Source of the DNA: Eledone cirrhosa
Taxonomy: Eukaryota
NCBI GenBank assembly: GCA_964016885.1
Contig: OZ024746.1
Coordinates: 88,598,001 to 88,662,000 of the forward strand
Length of the DNA: 64,000 nucleotides
Direction: 5' to 3'
A program made the position numbers and the translations under genes. Each line of letters starts with the position of its first letter. Positions within the stretch are counted from its first letter, which is position 1. Positions 43,380 through 55,953 of the stretch are shown piece by piece. A model generated the notes under the pieces. It worked only from the letters and a program-made list of their open reading frames with translations, searched no databases and had not been told where the DNA came from.

Positions 43380-43880
43380 TGCATGTGTTCACCTTCCTTT
43401 ATAAGCCATGTGTAACCAATACGTCTCGCTTCATGAAAAGCGAACACCAACTCAAGCAATTATGACGTTTTGTTGCGTTGATGAACATTCATCAAGTCGG
43501 TTTACTGCCCCCCCCCCCCCCCCCCCCAAGGGGTTCCCTACCTGAATTTCTGCGCAAGTACATGCCTGAAAATTTATTTGTAGGCCATAAGCAAACAAAA
43601 GTTTAATTTTGGTGTTGATGGGAGGTAAACTGCAGGAATTATGGGACCATTATGCAGTAGTACTGCGAAAGGCTTAAGGGGTTATCTGCCCCTGGGGCCC
43701 CCACATTCTATGTACGGAACAATAAAATAGAATACGACGCGTAATATGACTTCAGAAACCTATGTATGACATTTGGTACAAATCGGTTGTAAAATGTAGA
43801 GATGCATGCGGTTAAACAGACAGACAGACAGACAGACACAAAGACACACAGACACACATACATCTTCTGTTTTATATATA
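43380..43880 (-). mobile_element. Probable non-autonomous Helitron-like element
   Basis: Minus 5' end TATATATAAAACAGAAGATGTATGTG..(GTCT)n..CAACCGATTTGTACCAAA, similar in style to 41345 and 61620; 3' end not resolved. Confidence 0.45.
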
Positions 43881-43892
43881 TGATATATATAT

Positions 43893-44045
<153 letters not shown>

Positions 44046-44821
44046 ATCTACGACTATCACTTCTCTGACTGATTTGGATTTCTAAACTGTATTGAAACAT
44101 ATCCAGCTATTGCAACAGATTCGATTTCGGCACCATCGATCTCTCTGATAATGCACACACATCCATACACACCCACACACACATGCACTTACAAAATCAC
44201 ACAAACATAAACATACATACACATAAACCTAGTTCATATGTGTCACGTCAACTACAGTGATAAATCTTGATGCATTGCCATCACCACATAATACAATTCG
44301 CATGCAGTCAGACATACACTCCTACAGAGCTGTGTATGTTGCCTATTTTTATAACACTCTTACATGCAGATTAAAACTCGGATATCGACTCCCTCCGTTT
44401 TCTAACTTACATGTCAGAGATTTCCTGTAGATGGAAAATGAAATATTTATTCTTTTTAGATTTTGACACTTTATTTTAAATATCTACAACATCGCTATTC
44501 ACTTATATATCACATATTACATGAATGGTTACATTTTTGTTAGAATATGGGAGAACCGCACTGAAGTTAGATACATTTGTTTAACTCATAACTGTTAACT
44601 TATGAATATTGACGCTTCGTGAGAGTGTATATTTTAGGAAATATCCAGGAAAACATGGTTTTAAACAAACGTTCCTCGCGGAATATATAAATATAAACTA
44701 TGGTCTAATTATTGTATGTGATTCTATGTATGCTGACAATGGTATATTCCAATAGATGTCAGGCATATACAATATATATATATGCAGACATATCACACTG
44801 TTCCCAACCTCCATTTTTCCA

Positions 44822-45715
44822 TATGGATAGAAAAACTAGGAAGCTAATGACTACCTACAGCATGTTCTACAAGAGGAGTGATGTTGATACAATCTACGTA
44901 AAGAAATCTGGAGAAAAGCAGTCTGCACAAATATGTACTAAAGTAGAAGACAATAGACCAGGGCATGTCCAAGGAGGAACAAAGAGGAAGCCCAACCTTC
45001 ATGAAAAATCCATTCATAGCAACTTCTTTAAGAAATCGGAATTCAGAGATCCACAGACATAGCGTTGGTTAAAAGGAGGAGACCTTAAAAAAAGCTACAG
45101 AAGTATTGCTGATGGCTGCACAAGAGAAAGCCCTCAGAACGAAGTGGGTGAAACACCATATTGACAATGAGTAGGCTAACCCATTGTGTAGGATCTGTGG
45201 AGAGATAGTAGACTGTGGCTCACATCGTATCCGAATGGAAACACCTAACCCAGACTCACTATAAAGGATGGAGGCATGACATAATAGGAAAGGTGATTCA
45301 CTGGCGTTTATACAAACTAAATAATATAACGAATTCTGAGAGGTGGTATGAGTATAAGACAGAGTTGATGATAGAAAATGATCAAGAGAAGGTGCTATGG
45401 GATTTCAGGACACAGAGATAAAAGACATTAGAAGACAATATGCCTGACCTGGTTGTTTTTCACTAGGAATAAAGATTGTGCCTGATTGTGGATGTAGCCG
45501 CCCCATTTGACACAAGAGTGCAAGAAAAAGAAAAGGAGAAAATTAAGCGATAACAGGATTTAAAGTGGGAATTTAAAATGATTTAGGATTTTCATGAGAT
45601 CAAGGTCATCCCGATTGTCATAGGTGCAACAGATACTATCTCAAAGAGTTTTCAAAGATGGTTAAACAACATTAGTCCAACACGTTTTGGAACAATTCAA
45701 AAGGCATGCTTGCTA
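44822..45715 (+). mobile_element. R4/Dong-clade non-LTR retrotransposon 3' fragment (CCHC plus restriction-like endonuclease)
   Basis: MDRKTRKLMT; AAQEKALRT; CRICGE..TVAHIVSE; RHDIIGKVIHW; KVLWDF; PDLVV..LIVDVAAPFD..KEKEKI; VIPIVIGA. Confidence 0.9.
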
Positions 45716-45824
45716 ATATATATATATATATATATCAAAGATTAATATGGTTCATTGATTACTCAATGAATACTGGAATTGAACCATCAAGACCGTTGAG
45801 GTATGTCATACATCAATACATGTA

Positions 45825-45886
45825 TTTTATCTCACGAAGACGTACTGAAAAAACAGCACAGTACCTTCGAAATATATATAATAAAA
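45825..45886 (+). ncRNA. Degenerate hammerhead motif (CTCACGA core)
   Basis: ttttat-CTCACGA-agacgtactg..cagtaccttc-GAAA-tatata-TA-ataaaa. Confidence 0.6.
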
Positions 45887-45948
45887 CATATATTTTTATT
45901 ATGTGAATGTCTTCATTTATTAATATTTTGAATAATATATATATATAA

Positions 45949-46955
45949 TACATTAACAGAGAAAGCTTTAAGAGATACTCTGACCAATTCCATCTCACTC
46001 AACAAACATTAGGATATACCTAAGTATAATCCCAATTTAGTGTTTGGGATGCTAACTATACTCGTTTCGTTATAAGATTTCGACAAGTTGCGATAAATAA
46101 TGTCCAGGTTATATGGAAACTTTTATATAATCCATAGATATACACAGAAGCGGGCCCTTATAACTCATCAGTGGATGCCCATGCAATATCGAAGGTAAAA
46201 AATACATCGATATCAATAATTAGTGATGGTCTCCGTCAGTGCTAGAAGGACAGCTAAATTTGAAAAGCACTTCAAAAAGAAAATTCACACTGTCCCCAAA
46301 AGGGAAAGGGGAGGTCATCGTAAAATATACACGCTGGTCATTGAAGCTTGTTAGGTATTTTAACCACGTGTTTAAGAACTCATTTGGATATTAAAAAGAT
46401 GAATATATGTAATATATGTAATATATGTAACCATCAATAAACACAGAGATATTATAACAATATATAAAAAATATATGTACGCACCATCCATACACACATA
46501 TAGGTATTTTCACAGGCAAAAATATCAGACATAAGATATAGGAAAATGCAACCAATATTTCATATAAAGAATAAAAAGAGAAAGGCATACCTAAATATCT
46601 GGAATTTTCATATCTGGCCATTATTAATAATATTTAATACATTAACAGAGAAAGCTTTAAGCGATACTCTGACCAACTCCATCTCACTCAACAAACATTA
46701 GGATATACCTAAGTCTAATCCCAATTTAGTGTTTGGAGTGCTAACTATACAGTATTCCGTGGATAGCTGGTTGTATTATTTTATATGTGACATCATTAAA
46801 TAAATCTCTCTTTCCTTCCATACGATCGTTTCGTAATAAGATTTCTACAGGCTGGGATAAATAATGTCCTGGTTATGTGGAAACTTGTATATAATCCATA
46901 GATATACACACAAGCGGGCCCTTATAACTCATCAGTGGATGCCCATGCAATATCG
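45949..46955 (-). mobile_element. Tandem PLE-tail-like direct repeats (45949-46192, 46638-46955), each with a giant-stem-II HHR
   Basis: ACATTAACAGAGAAAGCTTTAAG..GGGCCCTTATAACTCATCAGTGGATGCCCATGCAATATCGA duplicated. Confidence 0.8.
46817..46939 (-). ncRNA. Type I hammerhead ribozyme, ~96-nt stem II domain
   Basis: tcca-CTGATGA-gttataag[~80 nt]cttattac-GAAA-cgatcg-TA-tgga. The copy at 46062-46175 has lost its cleavage site. Confidence 0.82.
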
Positions 46956-46974
46956 ATATAAAAAACTACATATC

Positions 46975-49387
46975 ACAATGGGATATCACAATGCGATCAA
47001 ATGACTGCGCAAATCACTGACGTCGTGGGGCTTTTTATAGCACACAACCTACATAAGGAATTCAGTAACCTCCAAGGAGGGATTTATAGAGATGACACGC
47101 TCCTTATAGCTAGGAACTTAAACAACCAGAGCATGCACAGATTAATAAAAAACATTAGAACTTTCTTCGAAAAACTAGGCCTAAGTGTTACCTACGAACT
47201 GAACCATAAACAGGTAAACTTTCTAGATGTGATTCTAAATCTAAATACGGGATTAATAGAACCCTTCCACAAAAATAATGAGAATCTGGCCTACATTAGT
47301 TATAACACAAACCACCGCAGATCCATAATCAGATACATAGCACGTAGTATATCCCTTAAAATATGCGCTTATCCTCAAAACTGGAATGGTTTAATGAACA
47401 TGCTAACTATTATAAAGCGGCATTACATAGGGCCGGACATAAAGATAAGTTGCAGTTTATAACGAATAAAGACAACTTAACCAAACCTACTAACAATGAC
47501 ACCAACCGCTCACACAAAAATAGAGGTAACAGGACTAGACATAGAGTTAGGCACGTAACACCTAGAGTAAGTGGTCCAAACACCAATAAGTTAAACCCTA
47601 GAAACAATAGAATATCATAGAAAGAAAATACTTGTGGTTCAATCCAATCTTCAACTACTCTGTAAAAACTAGACTGCCTTCTACGTTCTTTAAATTAATA
47701 GATAAACATTTCCCTATATCACACAGATATCATAAAACTATAAAACTCTCATACTCTACGGCTGCAAATATAGAATCACACATACGCAAGATAAACCACA
47801 GAAATACCTCTAGGGAATCCGCCCCACCTATGCGCAACAAGCACCAAATTATAATCATAAACACATCACAATATCACAACCGCAGACGCATACAAGCACG
47901 CAGCAGCAAAACCTCAACGGGCATAAATCACAACCCACGTATAGCAGTGTACAAAACAGCAGTGTGGAAGCTGCACGGAATAACACCTCAAACTGCAACT
48001 CTCACTTAATGGATAGGTGCCCATTGGCGAATAGATGCCTTGATTCGAGCCTAGTGTACATATGTACGGTCAACTCGGGCAACTCCACTTGGCATTACAT
48101 TGAATCCACCGCGTGTACTTTTAAAAGAATATGGTATATGCACATACACTCGATGAAGAACCGTGCACTTATAGGTTCTACAACCCTCGCCAAAAAATCT
48201 GGGAACTTAAGGACAATAACGCCAACTACAGTATCAACTGGTCGAGGTTGTCGGCCGCAAGGGCTTACAGTACCGGTATGTCCTACTGTAGGCCATGTGA
48301 TCTCGAATTACTGTATATCCTTAGGAATGTAAAAAGGCTACTCAACAACAAGTTAAAAAGATCAATGTTCTGTAGACACAGAATCGCCACTAAATTCTCA
48401 AGATTTAAGCCTCCTTGAATCGAGCCGACATTACTTAGCATTCAACATATGATATCCACAATATTACACGGACCACCACAGAACTATAATCATTAAGTAA
48501 ATTCTAGCCTTCTTAATTCTATACCACAGTAATGTCTGCAAGTATCTTATCAACCCATAAATATATCCCTTCTCAGCTGCTGTCAACACAACTTCCTCAC
48601 CCTTGACTCTCAACAAATGAACCTAAATCCAAGTACATTTTCAAAATACCACTATAGTAAAACATTACCTTCCTCCTGTATAATTGTAATCATCATGTTT
48701 TCTCTTTATATATATATATATATATACATATATAGCCTCCTTAACATCTGTACTAACTTACCTATTATATTGCTACTCTGTTAATGACATCTTATACATG
48801 TATGTTATTGATGATGTGAAAGCTAAACAACCCCATGATTCGAACTAACAATCCCTTCATCTAATATAGACCACAAAAATATTGAATCCACTTCACACGA
48901 CAAAATATTACTATCCTCACTACCATGATAAATATTTTATCTGTCAGATAATAAATGATTCTTACGGTCACCAGACCTTCGGTAAAGGAAATGGTGCATT
49001 GTTTAAAGCTACCGGCTTATCTTTACACTATATATAATACACCCCATGACAGCTTTGATATGTTATTTTCATAAATCTGCCTCATGTCAGCTCATTTTAC
49101 ACGCTAAAGTCGTTGATATACTATATTTCTTACTTAGATTGATGTTGTGATTATTTCAAATAATTTATTGCTAGCATTGTTAGCATTGTTGTTATTGTTC
49201 TGATTGAATGCCGTTACTATATATAGAAGCCATGCCTGTGTATTCCCTTCATTCTCGCAAGCTCTGATGAATTGACTGGTTACAACTATGTATTGGTGAT
49301 CGAATGACTCCAAACCAGGCGAGTAGCGATCTCTAGACCTACCAGTTCAGAGAAACAATTGTCAGCAATGAGATTAAAAAACTTTTT
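46975..49387 (+). mobile_element. 5'-truncated Naiad-type PLE (family D): RT, GIY-YIG, ~1-kb 3' UTR, HHR
   Basis: AQITDVVGLFI..GGIYRDDTLL..VNFLDVILNL; WFNPIFN; CPLANRCL..VYIC..YIESTACTFKR; CRPCDLE..LLNNK..CRH; ends near (TA)n. Confidence 0.92.
49253..49373 (+). ncRNA. Type I hammerhead ribozyme, ~80-nt stem II domain
   Basis: tctc(gcaa)gct-CTGATGA-attgactggt[..]accagttcaga-GAAA-caattg-TC-agc(aat)gaga; GUC triplet. Confidence 0.85.
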
Positions 49388-49460
49388 TGTATAGCAAACC
49401 GTATATATATATATATATATATATAAATATATATAAATACACACATATTTTTATACATAC

Positions 49461-49550
<90 letters not shown>

Positions 49551-49553
<3 letters not shown>

Positions 49554-49753
49554 CGGAGGAAATGTGGTAAGGAACCAGGTGGACCTTAACGCACCAAAGT
49601 ACTCAATACATAGGGTAGTAGAGTGGGTAATAGGAACGAGTGGGACCCCGGCGGCTGAGCCTAAGCCGTTTCGACGGCTAATTCTGGACTGAAAATTAGA
49701 ATTAGCCGTCGAAACGGCTTGAGCTCAGCTGTCGGGGCCCCACTCGTTCCTAT
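49551..49753 (+). repeat. Short element ending in a GC-rich ~124-nt hairpin, between (TA)n tracts
   Basis: ATAGGAACGAGTGGG..CCGTTTCGACGGCTAATTCT / AGAATTAGCCGTCGAAACGG..CCCACTCGTTCCTAT. Confidence 0.85.
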
Positions 49754-51004
49754 ATATATATATATATATATGTATCTGTGCGTGTGTGTATGTGTGTTGA
49801 AATATTTATATATATATGCATACGATATTTACCAATGGAGTGATACAAACATCGCAACAATTCAATTGTAATAAATGTGCAAAGATACATAGCGTTACGA
49901 ATGAAACTCTTCTTTTTTCTCCTCTCGTTTGCTGAACCCATGACGTGCTATCAATACACACATAATTCTATTACACCGAATCATAACATTCATGCTGATA
50001 CTCTATAACTTTTCTGTCTCCATCAATAATTACACACCATCCTTTTCAATAGAATCTTAGCATTAACACCATTTATATACTGTAAGAAAAGTATATTGTC
50101 TTGAAAACTTTTAATCTGGCGACGCAAAACCTTCTACATTTATTCAAGACCATTAGATATCATAGGTTCTTAAGGAAAATTATACACCTTGCATATCTAT
50201 AATATTCTGATATCACGAAATGCCATTGTTGCCTATTAAGTCCATGTTTGGCTGAACGCGTATTTAAAATTCAGCCGAAAGTGTAATGCAATTTGATATT
50301 CTACACATATTCCTACTAGAGTATGTTGTATGTATGTATCTGTGTATGCTTGTATTCAGTATCAGTTGAATTTCTTAGTATTATTACATCTCTCTATATT
50401 TAACTGGCAGCAGATACCTTCGGGGCTCAAAACAATTATGCAGTGAGTCTGTATACGTATTAATGAGTATTATTAAACATAAGCCTCTGTGATACGCTCA
50501 AACGAATAATTATATCTCCAAACAACTTTTGTAAATTATATACATTGTATTTATGTACATATTCATGTACCCGGTCTCATGGGTAATTAATAAAAATTCA
50601 TACCCCTCAGGGAATTTATGTATAAGAATTAAATATATATCTATCAATCTAGGGTGGATAGAATGTCCGACATTAAGTATATTTACACACAAATATATTT
50701 TTCCTGTGCACAGTGCCGTTTGTTTTATTTTTGATTTCTTTTTACACGCACACACATATACACACATACAGACGCAACACGCACGCACACAACACACACA
50801 CACATACATTTATATATTACATATATATTATATTCATATTATATATATATATATATCATATATACATTATATATACTAGCTGAATAGCCCCCTTTAGGGC
50901 GGTTTTCTGCTAGCATATGTAGCGCGCACATTGGTATTATATGTAAATATATATGCGTATAGATATATGTAAATTAAAAAGTAAATTGACAATATCTTCT
51001 TCAC

Positions 51005-51450
51005 CCACTTATTTCTGAGAGGGTCGCTGGTCAGTGTCCTCTTCAAACACTCCTTCTACTGAGTCTGCCAGAACCAATCATCTTTAACTCATCCTGCTGG
51101 ATCCCAAAACCTGAGCAGCCGAGCTCATGGATGTTATCCAACTATCTTGCTCAATGTCTTTCTCTGGGTATCTTGGTTCTCCTGTAAAATCTCTCCAGTG
51201 ATTCATGGAGCATTCTAATCCCATGCCCAAAGTATCGGAGCTGTGATCCCTGAATTCAAAGAGGTAGCGTTCTACCAGGAGTGACTCTCTGATCTCCGAC
51301 CTATGCACTTTATCGAAAAACGTTACACCAAATTCTTCTAATTGCTGAAGTTGAAACACTACTGCGTCAGCGTTGCAGGTCATGCACTTAATTCAACCTT
51401 CTGCCTTCCATCACTCATAACAGGACCCCGGGATACTTGAACTTCTCTAC
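51005..51450 (-). mobile_element. RTE-like LINE 3' fragment
   Basis: GVTFFDKVHRSEIRESLLVE..SQLRYFGH.IRM..LDNIHEL; homologous to 60885-61400. Confidence 0.75.
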
Positions 51451-51697
51451 TTGCACATGTATATACACTTGATGGATTTCTATTCCTCACACAATGTGTG
51501 TGTTTGCAAAAGGAAGGAAAGCGTATACACACTTATATTTAAGTGTCAGACGTACTAAGAGTGAGAAATGAAATTTCATTTTTTCCATTTATCGTTTTCG
51601 GTACGCCGGGCCGACTAACTCTCTCGATATGCAAATTAGGCAGCTCAGCCGTTAATACGCATAACGAAACTATATACTCTCAAACGTTCAATCGACA

Positions 51698-51740
51698 AAC
51701 AGCTGATGACAGCTAATAAGCTAGAAAATAGTTCATCGTT
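51698..51740 (+). ncRNA. Candidate minimal hammerhead motif
   Basis: CTGATGA-cagctaataagcta-GAAA-atagt-TC; stem I poorly paired. Confidence 0.45.
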
Positions 51741-51857
51741 CCTTTGTCAGTGTTGAACAAAAGGGCAATGATGGTTGCCGAACACTGTACGGCTTGATCC
51801 GGGTTGTTTGTTTACAAACAAACCGAACATCATAATAAATGTTCGGTAAAACCATAC

Positions 51858-51920
<63 letters not shown>

Positions 51921-52004
51921 CATGTATGTATGTATATACATACTACTGTACATCTGTAGACATATATGTACGTAGGTACACACACTTATATTTATATATA
52001 TATA

Positions 52005-53974
52005 CTAGACCACCCGTGACACATTGGGTCATGTTCACTTTAAAATAATTTTTAAAATAATTCAACTATGTCGCGCTGAATGCCATCGTTATGGAGTATC
52101 CTGATCTCCAAATCAACACTATTCTGAGGATCCAAGTAGTTAATTGGAAAAAATTGGGGTTGTTCGTTGGGATTAGGTGTTAAGGAACCGATGTAATGGG
52201 GAATTTGACCATGAATAACGATAGAAGGATTCCATCCACTCCTTGAGGAACCAACTTCTTCGGCCCCAAAATATGTCATTTGGAACAGGCAGTTTTATTG
52301 TCTGAGGTTCTTCCTGAACTCGTTTGACCTAGGTTGATCAGTACTAAATAAACTATGAAGTTCCTGGGGTAAAAGAGGCTGCAGATTCCCCAACCTGACT
52401 TTTCCATTCAGCAAAAGTTAGCTGTTTCACCATGAAAAGGCATTGCATCACAACAGACAGAGATCTTATTCATCAGTCTAACATCAGCAAAGAGGTCACG
52501 TCGTTGAACTGTCCTTCCTCTATCCGTAATGGGTTGTTGGCAAAGACGTTCTGTTCTCCGAGCGTCCGTCATGATCTCTCCTTCTTCTGCTGTCATTCCC
52601 TCTGTTCCGCCAGACGCTCAGCTCTCCGACCATCCGATTCATGATCTTTCCTGCTTCTGTCTCTTTCCCTCTGTTCTGCCTGACGATCAGCTCTCCGACC
52701 ATCCGATTCATGATCTTTCCTGCTTCTGTCTCTTTCCCTCTGTTCCGCCTGACGCTCAGCTCTCCGACCATCCGATTCATGATCTCTCCTGCTTCTGTCT
52801 CTTTCCCTCTGTTCCGCCAGACGCTCAGCTCTCCGACCATCCGATTCATGATCTTTCCTGCTTCTGTCTCTTTCCCTCTGTTCTGCCTGACGCTCAGCTC
52901 TCCGACCATCCGATTCATGATCTCTCCTGCTTCTGTCTCTTTCCCTCTGTTCCGCCAGACGCTCAGCTCTCCGACCATCCGATTCATGATCTTTCCTGCT
53001 TCTGTCTCTTTCCCTCTGTTCCGCCAGACGCTCAGGTCTCCGACCATCCGATTCATGATCTCTCCTGGTTCTGTCTCTTTCCCTCTGTTCCGCCAGATGC
53101 GTAGCCATTGCTTTATCAGTCTCATCGATCCTTCTATTCGCATGCCTATACCGATCTTGTTTGCGTTGACCACTGTCTTGCTCACCTCCTTCAGCTCTCC
53201 TTAGCGGTGCTTTCTTTCCACTATCGATAGACCAACCAGATGTTTATTTCTTCCTCGTCGAGTCATTATTAAAAAATCGAAAATCTTATTCAGCTTAGAA
53301 AAAATTCCTCAACAAATATATTTTTTAAATCATCATTTAGAAATATTTCTAAATAATGAAAATGTTGTCTGTTTAAACAACTCGAATTTTTCAAATCGTA
53401 TTCACTTAAAAAATACTTATTAATAATTAAAATATTCTGTTTAAAGAAAGCTGAAATATATATACTCAGTTTACAAATAATTTGAATTTTTTAAGTCATT
53501 TTCACTTAAGAATATTTTTTAAATATGCCAAGAACTATTTTTTCCATCGTATTCACTTTAAAATAATCTATGTAAATAAAGCTATTTTTCAAATCAAATT
53601 CATTTTAAAATATTTCTAAATAATTGAAATATTCTTCTTAACAAAAGCAAAAATATAAACACCTACTGTTTAACACCAACTGGTATTTTTCAGTGATATT
53701 CACTTAATGCTTTTCTGACAATTAAAATATCGTCTGTTTAAAGAAAGCTCAAATATAGATACTTGAAGTACAAACAACTTGTAGTTTTGAAATCATATTC
53801 ACTGAGAAATCACTGAAAAATCTTTTTTTAATATTTATTAAAAATATTTCTCGAATGATGAAAATAGTTTGTGCCGATTTACGTCAAACTTCTTTTATCC
53901 CCATTTCAGGGTTATATCACTTACATGGCTATTTTTCCATTATGCACCGTTTTGTCTATTTACGAAGGTATCCT

Positions 53975-54006
<32 letters not shown>

Positions 54007-54753
54007 GTCTCTAACTTAAGTACTGTTACACACACATACACACACAGGCACATGTCTCTAAGTACGTAAACACATGCTCTGGCACACATACATATACAGA
54101 TACACACAGTGGCAGTAGCATTGTGAAAGAGAGAGAAAGAAATATCGTTATGGATATGGGGAGAGTTAAAATAAATAAAAGTTAAGGACTTTGTCTCTTT
54201 CCCTATCTGTCACCCCCTCTCTCTCTTATCCCCTCACTCTCTCTATTTCTCTCTCTCACCCTCAATCTATCGTTCTATCTCTCACCCCCTCTCTGTCTCT
54301 CTTACCTACAGAATGGACAACCAAAAAAGAAACGGATTATTTCTTTCGATATTCACTATAAAATAAATAAATTGAATTTAGATGAAACACTTGCTATTTT
54401 TGGAAAATTGAAAATATTTTCCATGTGCGATTTACGCCAAACTTATTTTATTCAGAGTATTTTCTCATTATACAATGTTTTGGTTATTTACGAAGTTTTG
54501 CAGGGTTATGTTAATTTCTGGGTAGTTTCCCAGTATGCACCGTTGTGGCTATTTACGAAGGTACTCCCAAAACCCGCGAATATCGGCAACATGGGGTCAG
54601 ATTTTGGCGAAACTTCTTTTATTCAATTTGTATTCCCATTTCAGAAGCAACTTGCTTTCAAAGTATTTAAGGAGTATGCGCCCTTTTGGCTGTATTACAT
54701 AAACGACAAGCAAGCAAGCAAGCAAGCACGCACGCAAGATCAGAGTTTTAGTC
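52005..54753 (-). mobile_element. Internally deleted copy of the 34655-39798 Helitron with intact 3' terminus
   Basis: 3' end GACCCAATGTGTCACGGGTGGT-CTAG|T. 52055-54750 aligns with 37730-39797. Helicase and most of Rep are absent. Confidence 0.92.
52598..53098 (-). repeat. 69-bp tandem repeat (7 full units plus a partial) in the Helitron ORF N-terminus
   Basis: Encodes RRAER(L/Q)AEQRERDRSR(K/R)DHESDG (23 aa) per unit. Confidence 0.95.
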
Positions 54754-55024
54754 AATCTATCTGTATCCCCTTTCTTTATAGCTCTGTCCCTATATATGGT
54801 AGTTGAAGTGGAGGTGGTGGTGATAGACCAGAAGTGTTAACATTTGAAACCTTTAAAAGAAGTGAATCTTGACATACTCAATAAAAGTATCTATGTTTAA
54901 TCAAGAGTTACGAAATTTAGTAATATCCATTCATTATTTATTCAAATTAATCCAACTACATTTTCCTAATGGGATACAAAATTATAAACAGGACACAGAC
55001 CTTCACTCCCATTATTATATATAT

Positions 55025-55143
<119 letters not shown>

Positions 55144-55342
55144 TATATTATATTTATAAATATATATAAAAACAGTTTCGCTCTACATGGCTGAAAAGGA
55201 TAAATGTAATCTGAGTTTTCGAATATTAATAATAATATTCAATCCGTTTGCAATTATGAACGAGAGCCAGAATGAAGGGCTCATTCTACTGACATGGCTT
55301 TAAAAATGAGGATAGTCTGCATAATGGCAAAGGGCTCGAATA

Positions 55343-55460
55343 TTCTGAGTTCAAATCCCGTCGAGGTTAACTTTGCCTTTCATCCTTACCGGGTCGATAA
55401 AATAAAGTACCAGTAATGAACTTGGTAATTGCTGGACTTGTGCCAAAAGTAGAAACAATC
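55343..55460 (+). mobile_element. 5'-truncated SINE nested in the MITE-like element 55209-55486
   Basis: CTGAGTTCAAATCCCGTCGAGG..GTAGAAACAAT. Confidence 0.85.
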
Positions 55461-55483
55461 ATTATTAATATTCGAAAAAGTCA

Positions 55484-55521
<38 letters not shown>

Positions 55522-55666
55522 ATTAAAATACTGGAGCGTGTTGGAGTTAAACACCCTCTTCGTATTATAGAAATGACAGTAAAAGATATAGCTCAATGAA
55601 GTTAAACAGAGCCAAAAAATTAAGAGAGTAAAACAAAGAATCCTTTAATGCATCAAAAGTTTTTAT

Positions 55667-55708
55667 TAGCCGACAATGTTTCGTCATATTAAGGACTCAT
55701 CAGGGCAA
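55667..55708 (-). ncRNA. Minimal type I hammerhead ribozyme
   Basis: ttgcc-CTGATGA-gtccttaatatgac-GAAA-cattg-TC-ggctaa, followed by TAAAAACTTTT like the family D tail. Confidence 0.88.
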
Positions 55709-55800
55709 TTAAAACAACAAGAAGTAATATCGGCAGATACAAGCTGGAAGCTCCGAGGAAAATGGAGTGTACATACACTAAAGTCTTGCAAAAATATATA

Positions 55801-55953
55801 ATAAAAATAAAAATAAAAATAAAAATAAAAATAAAAATAAAAATAAAAATAAAAATAAAAATAAAAATAAAAATAAAAATAAAAATAAAAATAAAAATAA
55901 AAATAAAAATAAAAATAAAAATAAAAATAAAAATAAAAATAAAAATAAAAATA
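55801..55953. repeat. (ATAAAA)n hexanucleotide microsatellite
   Basis: About 25 perfect units. Confidence 0.95.

Noticed and set aside
52598-53098. CRISPR-like array
   Set aside because: Contiguous 69-bp units without unique spacers, inside a eukaryotic Helitron ORF.
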